39,994 nucleotides of DNA from a virus (taxonomy: Duplodnaviria; Heunggongvirae; Uroviricota; Caudoviricetes). Positions 1 to 7,328 of the stretch are shown here, piece by piece (the first letter of the stretch is position 1; every line of letters begins with the position of its first letter). Under the pieces are notes generated by a model that did no database searches, was not told the origin of the DNA, and was given only the letters and a program-made list of their open reading frames with translations. The stretch lies in IMG/VR virus record IMGVR_UViG_3300023371_000094; one strand, written 5' to 3'. Position numbers and translations under genes: made by a program.

Positions 1-645
1 GCAGAAGGAGTTACTGAGACCACGGTAAGGGGAACGCAACCACGTATAATCCTCGAAAGGGAGATGGCGGGTATTTGCAAAATACTCATACTGTTCACCT
101 TCTCCTGCGAAGGAATGTTGTGCTTCGCCCTTAATCTCAACCTCGCTGAAAAGGAAGAGTTGGTGTACGCTGGTCAAAATGTCGGGATTGTTTTCTCCCA
201 TAGAACACTTCTTATTAACAAGCTTGATGTTCTGCTTGAGAATATCGGGGAGTAGTCTGTAAATGCGTTCAAGAGTGACTGTATTCATAGTGCTCGACGC
301 AAATCCGCCGCGGTTTGTGTTTGTAGGGTTCATTCTGTATCGGTCATCCATCTTGAGAATACCGAATGTCGTCTTAGCGGTTCCACCGCTTGCGAGAGTG
401 TCCTTTTCGACGTCAAGAAGAATCATCTTGACTTCCTCGCCGGTATATAACTCGATAGTTTTGTAGTCGCCTACCATAAAGCGCTCGGTAACATCTTCTG
501 TTCCGTTTATGTATGCTACAAGTTCTTCAAGAGTGCAGTCCATCTCCTGCGGAAGGCGAGTAGTTCTCGTTCTGTTAAAGAGTTTGCAGTTGTTGCAATG
601 GTACTTCTCGCCGAAAAAGTCACAATAATCACATTTAGGTTGCAT
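1..645 (-). CDS. DUF6273-like protein (3' end runs off the window)
   Basis: Not in the ORF track; translated by hand from ATG at 645 (RBS AAAGGAA upstream). Open to position 1: MQPKCDYCDFFGEKYHCNNC...LFLFSEVE...YEYF...YTWLRSPY. The LFLxSxxE and WLRSP motifs are typical of DUF6273. Confidence 0.6.
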   Translation of the reverse strand, partial: MQPKCDYCDFFGEKYHCNNCKLFNRTRTTRLPQEMDCTLEELVAYINGTEDVTERFMVGDYKTIELYTGEEVKMILLDVEKDTLASGGTAKTTFGILKMDDRYRMNPTNTNRGGFASSTMNTVTLERIYRLLPDILKQNIKLVNKKCSMGENNPDILTSVHQLFLFSEVEIKGEAQHSFAGEGEQYEYFANTRHLPFEDYTWLRSPYRGLSNSFC

Positions 646-659
646 AATATGTATTCCTT

Positions 660-1097
660 TCACTTCAATTTTTCGATTGCCATTCTTGCAAGCTCATCAC
701 ATCTGTTGTTGTATTGGTTATCAGAATGACCTTTAACTTTTATGAATTTAACTTGGTGAGGCTTCATAGCGGCAAGCAACTGAAGCCACAATTCTTTGTT
801 TTGTACGGGTTTTCTCCCCTTGGTTTTCCAGCCGGATGCTTGCCAGTTATCAATCCAGCCTTGAGCAAATGCATTTACTACATACGCAGAATCGCTGTAC
901 AGCGAAACTTTGCTCGGTGCTTTTAAGCACTTCAGTGCACTTATAACTGCCTGAAGCTCCATACGGTTGTTTGTCGTGTCTGCTACGCCACCACTGATTT
1001 CCTTTGAGTGTTGACCGTAGAAGAGAATTGCGCCCCAACCGCCAGCGCCGGGGTTTCCTGAACACGCCCCGTCCGTGTAAATAGTTACTTCATACAT
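660..1097 (-). CDS. rnhA: Ribonuclease HI
   Basis: IYTDGACSGNPGAGGWG, TTNNRMELQA, LYSDSAYV, NKELW, VKGHSDNQYNNRCDELA: all catalytic D/E/D/H/D motifs of RNase HI. Confidence 0.95.
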   Translation of the reverse strand: MYEVTIYTDGACSGNPGAGGWGAILFYGQHSKEISGGVADTTNNRMELQAVISALKCLKAPSKVSLYSDSAYVVNAFAQGWIDNWQASGWKTKGRKPVQNKELWLQLLAAMKPHQVKFIKVKGHSDNQYNNRCDELARMAIEKLK

Positions 1098-1111
1098 TTG
1101 TTTTCCTTTCC

Positions 1112-1415
1112 ATTACAATCCACGTATAAATTCAGCGGGCGGAATGATCATGACTGGGCAGAGACAGCTTCGGCGAACCGTAAGAAATCATTTGGATTTG
1201 TGCAAATGATTGTTGAAAAGTGTCTAAAACCCAACATAAATATTAGGTATTTCTGTGGTTTTGCTACCTAAAGCCCGAATCGGAGTCTGATGAGGTGCTC
1301 TCAGTGTCCAAGCTTCCTGCAGGAGGCGCCTGCTGCGTGCCTTCTTCAGTCTCACAATGTGGTACTTTGAGTGTAACCCAAAGCCCTATCTTTCGATAGA
1401 AATAACGATTGTAAT
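1112..1415 (-). ncRNA. Retron-type msr-msd ncRNA cassette R1 (304 nt)
   Basis: Perfect 9-bp terminal inverted repeat ATTACAATC (1407-1415) / GATTGTAAT (1112-1120). Unpaired G at 1406, 5-nt spacer, hairpin (T)CTATC-GAAA-GATAG(G), then 8-bp hairpin GCTTTGGG-TTACA-CTCAAAGT (1364-1384). TG precedes a1. Confidence 0.8.
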
Positions 1416-1419
1416 TGTT

Positions 1420-1613
1420 AAACTTAAATACAATAAAGGAGAATTTTCATCTGCTCGATCAAAATTCTCGTTGTAGTACGGTTCTGAATCACTGGCTTAA
1501 GAAACGCAGTTTCTTAAGGCTTTGACTTCAGAACGGTACTACGTAAGAACCCTCGCGGAACGTCTAATATAATCAGACGTTTGATATGTATATCAAAATT
1601 TCTATTTAAGTTT
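1420..1613 (-). ncRNA. Retron-type msr-msd ncRNA cassette R2 (194 nt) with long msd-like hairpin
   Basis: Starts 1 nt after the RT stop. Perfect 11-bp inverted repeat AAACTTAAATA (1603-1613) / TATTTAAGTTT (1420-1430). G at 1602, spacer AAATT, hairpin TTGATA-TACA-TATCAA, hairpin ACGTCTGA-TTATA-TTAGACGT (1560-1580). Hairpin of about 33 bp at 1473-1542 (29 Watson-Crick pairs, 3-nt loop). Confidence 0.85.
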
Positions 1614-1614
1614 T

Positions 1615-3009
1615 TTATCTATTGCTTATGATGTCCTTGATGATCTGCATCATATCAACACCGAAGCGCTGGTTATACGCCAGAATAATTGCATCGATGT
1701 TTTCCTTTTCTACATTTCTGTAGTATGCAATTTGTCCACCAAGAACCTGCACTTCCTCAACGTCCCACACACGATGATGCGTGTAATCGTTTAAGAAGGA
1801 ATACACCGCCGCCTTGAAAGCCTTTCGCTTTTCGTGACCGATGGTGATTTCGTTATCCTTGTTAAGCATCAGTCCAAGGTTCCAGTTGCGACCGGCGGAA
1901 GAACCATATCTGGTTTTCTCGGTGTTAAGAGAGAAGGGAACATTGAAACGACGGAGAATGTCAAGGATTTCATTCTGTACGGAACCTTCCTTATCGACTT
2001 CCCACGTGAACGACAGGTCGCTCGAAATGAGGATGTCGTCTGCATACCTTGTATAGCAGAGATGAGGGCTATGCTCACGGCACATCTTAGCGATGGCGTG
2101 ATCGATAGGGATCATCATAATATTCGTGATCGTAGGGCTAAACGGAGTACCCTGCGGAAGAACGCCGTTCAGGAAACAGAGAGATAATGCCTTCGACAGA
2201 GCCTCGCGACCTCTTTCGCTCTTAACAATCTCGCTGTAAGGGAAAATGCTGCTAAGCTGACGAAGAACAAATTCGTGAGTAGTGGAACCAAAGAAGTTTG
2301 AAAAATCAAGCTTGAGGAACCAGCGCGAATTGTTTCTCTGGTGACGTTTAAGAGCATCTATCGTAGATCTGCCCTTGACATAAGCAAATGCAGAGGTGTG
2401 ATAGCTTCCGAACAGTTTGTTTTCGAAGGTGATTTTGAGGTCGGTGAGAACGCTCTTAAACTCAGCACGGGGTGCGTCTATGCGGCGGAACCCTGCTTTG
2501 ATGAAGGATTTGATTTTCTCTTCATTTACCTCAAATCCGAGAGGAGTTAGGTACTGAACACACTTAGCAAGAGATTCCTGCTCGATTCTGTTGTGTTCTG
2601 CGCAAGGGTGATTGGTAAGCAATCCCTTCAAGATAGCAAACACATCTGCATAAACGTCTTTGCCGCTGTATGAAATGCCAGAGTTAGCGTTGTGAGTCTT
2701 GAAAATCTCACGCACTACAACCGAGAAACCCTTGTTCTTTTTCATAAGATAAAAGGTTTCGTAAAGGTTTTCTTTGGGTACATCGAAATACTCACGGTGG
2801 CGGTTGTTGAACTTTTCAAGCATACCAACCATAGCCCCGATGTTGATTTTTTCAAGCAGACGGGGCGGGGTGTGGTCACGATATACCGTTCTTGTATCAC
2901 AGGTATCATCCATCATCCTTGCAAAGAACGACTCATTGATACCGTTTAAGATGTCGTCGAAAGAAATCTGGTACTCTTTCTGACGCACCGGTATAGTTAT
3001 GTATGGCAT
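1615..3009 (-). CDS. Retron-type reverse transcriptase with about 170-aa N-terminal extension
   Basis: AFAYVKGRSTIDALKRH (region X, NAxxH-like), FLKLDFSNFFGS, GVLPQGTPFSPTITN, YTRYADDILIS, NLGLMLN (at the VTG position). No group II intron maturase or endonuclease domain recognised. Confidence 0.9.
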   Translation of the reverse strand: MPYITIPVRQKEYQISFDDILNGINESFFARMMDDTCDTRTVYRDHTPPRLLEKINIGAMVGMLEKFNNRHREYFDVPKENLYETFYLMKKNKGFSVVVREIFKTHNANSGISYSGKDVYADVFAILKGLLTNHPCAEHNRIEQESLAKCVQYLTPLGFEVNEEKIKSFIKAGFRRIDAPRAEFKSVLTDLKITFENKLFGSYHTSAFAYVKGRSTIDALKRHQRNNSRWFLKLDFSNFFGSTTHEFVLRQLSSIFPYSEIVKSERGREALSKALSLCFLNGVLPQGTPFSPTITNIMMIPIDHAIAKMCREHSPHLCYTRYADDILISSDLSFTWEVDKEGSVQNEILDILRRFNVPFSLNTEKTRYGSSAGRNWNLGLMLNKDNEITIGHEKRKAFKAAVYSFLNDYTHHRVWDVEEVQVLGGQIAYYRNVEKENIDAIILAYNQRFGVDMMQIIKDIISNR

Positions 3010-3018
3010 AATGTGGAT

Positions 3019-3326
3019 CTCCTATAAACATTTATTTATTGTCATCTCATGAAGACCGCGGAACCTGCGATGGTAATCCTGAAGATGGAGTTTGTCAAGA
3101 TGTTTTGAACAATTATTTATTAACAATGTGTTAATAAACTGGCTCATAAGGGGGTGTTCGGTGGTGGTTTCTCGTGTGCACGGGAGTTACCAGCAGTACC
3201 ACGCTCGCTTGAGCTGGTTGTATCCCGGATTGCATCCCTTCTGAGCGTCGTCGCTCGCTCTGACATCTTGGCACTTTGAATGTAATCCAAAGCCTTATCG
3301 TGAAGATAAGAATTTCTTTATCGGAG
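3019..3326 (-). ncRNA. Retron-type msr-msd ncRNA cassette R3 (308 nt), canonical position upstream of RT
   Basis: a2 CTCCGATAAA (3317-3326) pairs 9/10 with a1 TTTATAGGAG (3019-3028). G at 3316, spacer AAATT, hairpin CTTATC-TTCAC-GATAAG, hairpin GCTTTGGA-TTACA-TTCAAAGT (3273-3293). Long-range stem TGCCAAGATGT/ACATCTTGACA; 10-bp hairpin TTTATTAACA/TGTTAATAAA. Confidence 0.85.
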
Positions 3327-3332
3327 CGTTAC

Positions 3333-4007
3333 TTAAAACGCATCAATATCAAAATTGAATGCGTCTATCGTAACAATTTTCTTGAGTTCCTTCTTTCTGA
3401 TGAAGTTCATAAAGTTAGAAACTCCGTAAGAACAGATGATTCTTACTGTGGGTGCTACTCCCATTTCAACGTTGCACGCCGTTACAGGAGTCGAAGCTTT
3501 AGCTTCTTCGTGAGTGAAGTCCATACTGCGGATGAGATTGTCCACCATACGGGAATCTTTCCAGTCGGCGGCATAATGCTGAGCATCCTCAAGGCGAGTT
3601 CTGAAATCAAACATTGCTTTGATGGACTGATTGGGTTTGTTCTTGATAGCGATTTCACGTCTGAGGTCGATGTTGTCAACGCACAGGAAAACATAGCCAC
3701 TCAAGCGTGTGTTCTGTGTCCACCCTTCGGGGTAAACAGTGATGTCGTTCGCGGCTTCGGGGTTAATTGCACACAGCATATCCTTTACCGCATCAACCTT
3801 GAGTCGCTTGATGTCTGCATTGGTAAACATCTGGTTCGCCAGATTGTGAGCAGAAACGACGTCAAAGTCGTAGAGGGAAATCTTTGTGATACCGAGGCGA
3901 ACAAGAAGCTCTGCCACGGTAGAGCCGACGGAGCCACAGCCGATGATGTGACATCGGCTGGTTACGTCAATAGGATTGAAGTAGTCCTGTGATTTTACGA
4001 GATTCAT
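3333..4007 (-). CDS. ThiF/E1-like ubiquitin-activating enzyme
   Basis: IIGCGSVGS nucleotide-binding loop, DFDVVSAHNLANQ, KVDA, LCVDN, candidate catalytic Cys in TACNV. The ATG at 4007 overlaps the upstream stop (ATGA), so it is preferred to the track start at 4016. Confidence 0.9.
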   Translation of the reverse strand: MNLVKSQDYFNPIDVTSRCHIIGCGSVGSTVAELLVRLGITKISLYDFDVVSAHNLANQMFTNADIKRLKVDAVKDMLCAINPEAANDITVYPEGWTQNTRLSGYVFLCVDNIDLRREIAIKNKPNQSIKAMFDFRTRLEDAQHYAADWKDSRMVDNLIRSMDFTHEEAKASTPVTACNVEMGVAPTVRIICSYGVSNFMNFIRKKELKKIVTIDAFNFDIDAF

Positions 4008-5008
4008 ACTGAGCACCTCTCTCTGTAGAGTTTGTAGTAGTCGTCCTCATCATCGTCGTCATAGAGGGAAATTTGGCGTCCATAATCATCGTCGTCTTCG
4101 ACGTCGGGACGTTTGCTCTGCAAGGATGAGGTAGTCTTCGGGGTTGTTGCCGCTGCCGGAGCGCTTCCGTTGTATGTGCCGTGATAAGGATAGGTTGATA
4201 CGGGGGCAGTAACTCTACGCTCTACAACTACGCCTTCAGCTTCAGAGATAAGTTCCGAAAGGAAGAAGTCATCTTCTACCTCGACATCAGAGGAAATCGT
4301 GAAGCTAAGCTCACCCTTACTATTGATCGAAGTAAGGTTCTTTTGAGTGAGCCTGTCTACATATTCCTCAATGGCATCGTGGAATGCGTCCTTGATGCGT
4401 CTCTTGATGTCTTCAATCTCGATTACCGAGAATTCGATTTCATTGGTAGCATATAAAGCGTTATTCGACAAGTCGTAGATTTCGCCACTGATATCGCCTT
4501 TTTTGTTTGTGATGATGAAGATGTAGAAGTAATCATCTCCTGCACCCGGTGTAGCGAAGTTGCCCAAGATGTTCTTCCTGTATGTCATATCAACTCCTGA
4601 CGGGCTTACAGCCATATTTACGTGGCTATGACCGTGGAAACGACAGGCGTTGAAGGTTTCGTCATCGAGGGAGTCAAGCCATTCTTCGTAGCATCTCTGA
4701 TCGGATACTACCGTTGCGCTGGAAACCTCGTGAGGGAAAATGAGGATGTCCTTAATGAGGAATTCTGCCTCACCTTTGCGCTCAACAAGCCCGTGCCACT
4801 CGACTTCAGTGCCGTATTTGTGAACTAAAGCGTACATTTTCACCCACGCACTGGCTGCAAAAACAAGTTTTGCTTTGCGATTGTCTTTAGGAGCAGGGAG
4901 TGTAACCTTGACATCCTCGGAATGAAACTTCGTATTGCGGAGTTCCTGCGTTGCTTTCTCAAGAGCTGCGCGAATGTCCTCATCGGACAAATAAATTCTC
5001 TTAGCCAT
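4004..5008 (-). CDS. JAB/JAMM (MPN) metallo-isopeptidase
   Basis: EVEWHG (catalytic Glu) and FHGHSHVNMAVSPSGVD match the HxH-x7-S-x2-D JAMM motif. Acidic low-complexity C-terminus. Start set at ATG 5008 behind GAAGGAG. Confidence 0.85.
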   Translation of the reverse strand: MAKRIYLSDEDIRAALEKATQELRNTKFHSEDVKVTLPAPKDNRKAKLVFAASAWVKMYALVHKYGTEVEWHGLVERKGEAEFLIKDILIFPHEVSSATVVSDQRCYEEWLDSLDDETFNACRFHGHSHVNMAVSPSGVDMTYRKNILGNFATPGAGDDYFYIFIITNKKGDISGEIYDLSNNALYATNEIEFSVIEIEDIKRRIKDAFHDAIEEYVDRLTQKNLTSINSKGELSFTISSDVEVEDDFFLSELISEAEGVVVERRVTAPVSTYPYHGTYNGSAPAAATTPKTTSSLQSKRPDVEDDDDYGRQISLYDDDDEDDYYKLYRERCSV

Positions 5009-6398
5009 TGTTATCTCCTTCATTGTTCTCCGCCGTTCTGATGTAGTTAAGGAACTCTCTGGGAGTCATTTCGGTGCCGTTATCTGCGATAATGCAACGG
5101 CAAGACTCAAAGCGACCTGCGACATCTCTCAACATCTTGGATACTACGGTCGAGTCTCCAAAGTTGACGTTCTTGGCAGCCGCGATTGTCTGCTCGATTG
5201 CCAAATCCCAGTCGCCATCATTCATATATCTGGCGATTGCATCTCGGTTTCCACCGAGACAAGCGTGATGATAGATGTGAGGATGAGGAAGGTGTGTTTC
5301 ATCATAGCCACCACTTCTCATACCGGATTGGGCATTGATGCTTGAAAGATTGTTCAACGTAAACATTGCCTCAACTCTGAACTTTCCCTTATTGAGAGCG
5401 AATACAGCGTTAAACACCTCTCTGACTTCTGCACCACAAGTGCTCGTATTGAAGTAAGAATTGGGGTTATCTCTTACTCTTACGAAAGCATCCTCGTCAT
5501 AATACTCAATCGTTTCGGTGATTGTGTAATACAACGTCTTTCCGTTCGAGCTGTTCTGAACTCTGTAAACTCCCAACTGCTTGTGGGTTTTGAAGAAATT
5601 AAACAGAGCTTCGTTGGTATCTGCGGGTTGGTTAAGCATCGCGTTGAGATTAAAGAGCAGGGCATCAAGCTCCATATACAAAGTTGAGATAGCCTGTTCT
5701 TGTGCGGCAATATTGTTTCTCGCCTTGTCGCACTTGCTTTCGAGGGTACGAATCTGTGCTTCTCTGAAGTGATTGTTCCATCCGATGAGAGTTCTTGCCA
5801 TCATCATAGATTTGAAATCATACTTCTGAGCCAGCTCGTTCACCACCTTGGTGAACTTTGGGGAATCTTTATCGTGAGCCGCCTTGAAAAGTGCGAGCTC
5901 ACCTTCCGTGAGTCTGTAGTTTTCCGTATAGATCCACGGAAGAATTCTGAAAAGGGAAGAGCAGAACTCATCAATCCATCTTTCAGTAACACGCTTAACA
6001 AAAAGAATAACCTTTTGTGCATCCCTGTTAAGGAATACTGCTGTGGCAGATGCCTTGCTCAAGAAAGGCGCAACAGGATACGGAGGCGTATCTAATGCAA
6101 TCCAGCCCTCTTTGTCAATGTAAGGCAACTCTGCTCCGTTTCTCGATTCTACAATGAGAATATTGTGAGACGACTCCATCATCGAAGCCGCGAAATCATT
6201 GCCGCGAGCACCGGGGCTAAAGGTAGAGGACTGAACCTTAATCAGCTTTACCTTTTCGATGTTCTCGGGGCAATGAACCACGGCAACATAACGAAGCGTT
6301 GCTTCGAGGACGGTGCTACCGAAAGGGAATGAATGACTCTCCACTCCGAAGAATGCATTTGCGTCTGAATTGGTTAATAGAGTATCGATGTAATCCAT
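5001..6398 (-). CDS. Prokaryotic E2-like (UBC-fold) protein with central coiled coil
   Basis: C-terminal LPHPHIYHHACLGG resembles the E2 HPN-x-CL active site. Heptad-rich segment around aa 205-255. Located between Ubl and JAB. Confidence 0.6.
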   Translation of the reverse strand: MDYIDTLLTNSDANAFFGVESHSFPFGSTVLEATLRYVAVVHCPENIEKVKLIKVQSSTFSPGARGNDFAASMMESSHNILIVESRNGAELPYIDKEGWIALDTPPYPVAPFLSKASATAVFLNRDAQKVILFVKRVTERWIDEFCSSLFRILPWIYTENYRLTEGELALFKAAHDKDSPKFTKVVNELAQKYDFKSMMMARTLIGWNNHFREAQIRTLESKCDKARNNIAAQEQAISTLYMELDALLFNLNAMLNQPADTNEALFNFFKTHKQLGVYRVQNSSNGKTLYYTITETIEYYDEDAFVRVRDNPNSYFNTSTCGAEVREVFNAVFALNKGKFRVEAMFTLNNLSSINAQSGMRSGGYDETHLPHPHIYHHACLGGNRDAIARYMNDGDWDLAIEQTIAAAKNVNFGDSTVVSKMLRDVAGRFESCRCIIADNGTEMTPREFLNYIRTAENNEGDNNG

Positions 6399-6427
6399 AT
6401 CCCGTTGCTCCTTATGTATGCTTTATT

Positions 6428-6670
6428 TTACTTGCGAGCGCCGTCAGCCTTGATGACGCTGTTGAGGTTTACGGTTGCGCCGTCGGCAACACCGAGTGCC
6501 TCGAAGGTGGAATTGAGATCGGTCGCGGTCAGAATCATACCGTTAAGGTTAACGGATGCGCCAGCTACGCTAACGCCGAGGTCGCCGAATACTCTTGCGG
6601 GAGTGGAATCCACGTCTGCGGTAACTTCCTTGCCACGGATGGTGTTGGTCTTGATAACAACTTTAATCAT
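6428..6670 (-). CDS. Ubiquitin-like beta-grasp protein
   Basis: 80 aa with a beta-grasp-like pattern (MIKVVIK...SVNLNG...STFEALGVADGATVNL) ending KADG-ARK. First gene of the E2/JAB/E1 cluster. Confidence 0.75.
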   Translation of the reverse strand: MIKVVIKTNTIRGKEVTADVDSTPARVFGDLGVSVAGASVNLNGMILTATDLNSTFEALGVADGATVNLNSVIKADGARK

Positions 6671-6761
6671 AATAATTCTCCTTGTAATTCAATTTTTTCT
6701 GATTTGTTTGTTGTGGTGGAAGGGGCGCATTTCACGCCCCTTGGTGAACGGAAACCGTAAC

Positions 6762-7148
6762 TTAGGCTACGGTGATGCTGTCAACGAGCTCCTTGCGAGC
6801 AGTCTTAGCTGCAACAGCCGCGTCGTGAGCAACTCCCTCGACCTGCTCAAGGTATGCCTTGACAGGAGCAACGAGGTCAGCAACGAACTCCTTGGGGTTC
6901 GCGGTGCCGGTGGGGATCATACCTGTGATGGTTGCATAGCCTGCCTCATCGTGAGACTTACCGCCGAAGGTAACGCCGAAAGCGGTGATGCTGGGCTTAC
7001 CCTCTGCATACGAAACCGCAAACTTCTCGTTGCCGTCTGCGTCCTTAACCTTGAGGGCGTCGGGATTGCTCTTCTTGAGCGTCTTGATCTCGTCAACGGT
7101 GATCTTCGAGGTGATGGCGTAGGCATCTGCTGTGATTGTGATTTTCAT
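6762..7148 (-). CDS. Hypothetical protein upstream of the Ubl operon
   Basis: 128-aa ORF with RBS AAAGGAAGGAA; co-oriented with its neighbours. Confidence 0.7.
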   Translation of the reverse strand: MKITITADAYAITSKITVDEIKTLKKSNPDALKVKDADGNEKFAVSYAEGKPSITAFGVTFGGKSHDEAGYATITGMIPTGTANPKEFVADLVAPVKAYLEQVEGVAHDAAVAAKTARKELVDSITVA

Positions 7149-7217
7149 AGTGTGTTTCCTTCCTTTATGAAATGTATTTTTTTATCACTCTAATGAGTTG
7201 ATAACGAAGATTAGTGT

Positions 7218-7241
7218 CTAAATATGGGTTGTCATATTTAG
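7218..7241. promoter_or_regulatory. Inverted pair of CTAAATATG boxes (operator-like)
   Basis: CTAAATATG-ggttgt-CATATTTAG, intergenic. The same 9-mer occurs in several promoter spacers. Confidence 0.6.
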
Positions 7242-7249
7242 AAAAAATC

Positions 7250-7312
7250 GAGAGGCGTTTTAATCGTAAAAATTTGTTGGCTACGAAGAAAAAGGTTTGC
7301 TGTTCGCCTCTC
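7250..7312 (-). ncRNA. Stem-closed ACAGCAA RNA module (a), just 3' of DUF2828
   Basis: GAGAGGCG-a-ACAGCAA...CGCCTCTC, 8-bp closing stem. Confidence 0.55.
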
Positions 7313-7328
7313 TGTTGAAGTATGTATA

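Noticed and set aside
580-600. Extra ACTGCAA match on the - strand near 586
   Set aside because: Lies inside a coding region (Asn-Cys-Lys codons) with no flanking stem; chance match.
1-3009. DGR hypothesis (RT near a DUF6273/WLRSP gene)
   Set aside because: RT motifs are retron-like. No TR/VR pair with adenine-specific mismatches and no Avd gene were seen. The only match is a 10-mer (CCACGTATAA near 40 and 1120), consistent with chance. The gene's 3' end is outside the window.
1615-3009. Group II intron RT
   Set aside because: No maturase or endonuclease domain, no domain V/VI-like 3' end, and the flanking genes are not interrupted.
3276-3992. Long opposite-strand ORFs (e.g. 3276-3992+, 6405-7193+, 7656-8321+, 28467-29273-, 32231-32944-)
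   Set aside because: Shadow frames of well-supported genes on the other strand; no RBS or recognisable motifs.
6720-6742. Hairpin AAGGGGCG/CGCCCCTT upstream of the Ubl gene as a terminator
   Set aside because: No U-tract on the transcribed (-) strand; may be a processing or stability hairpin.
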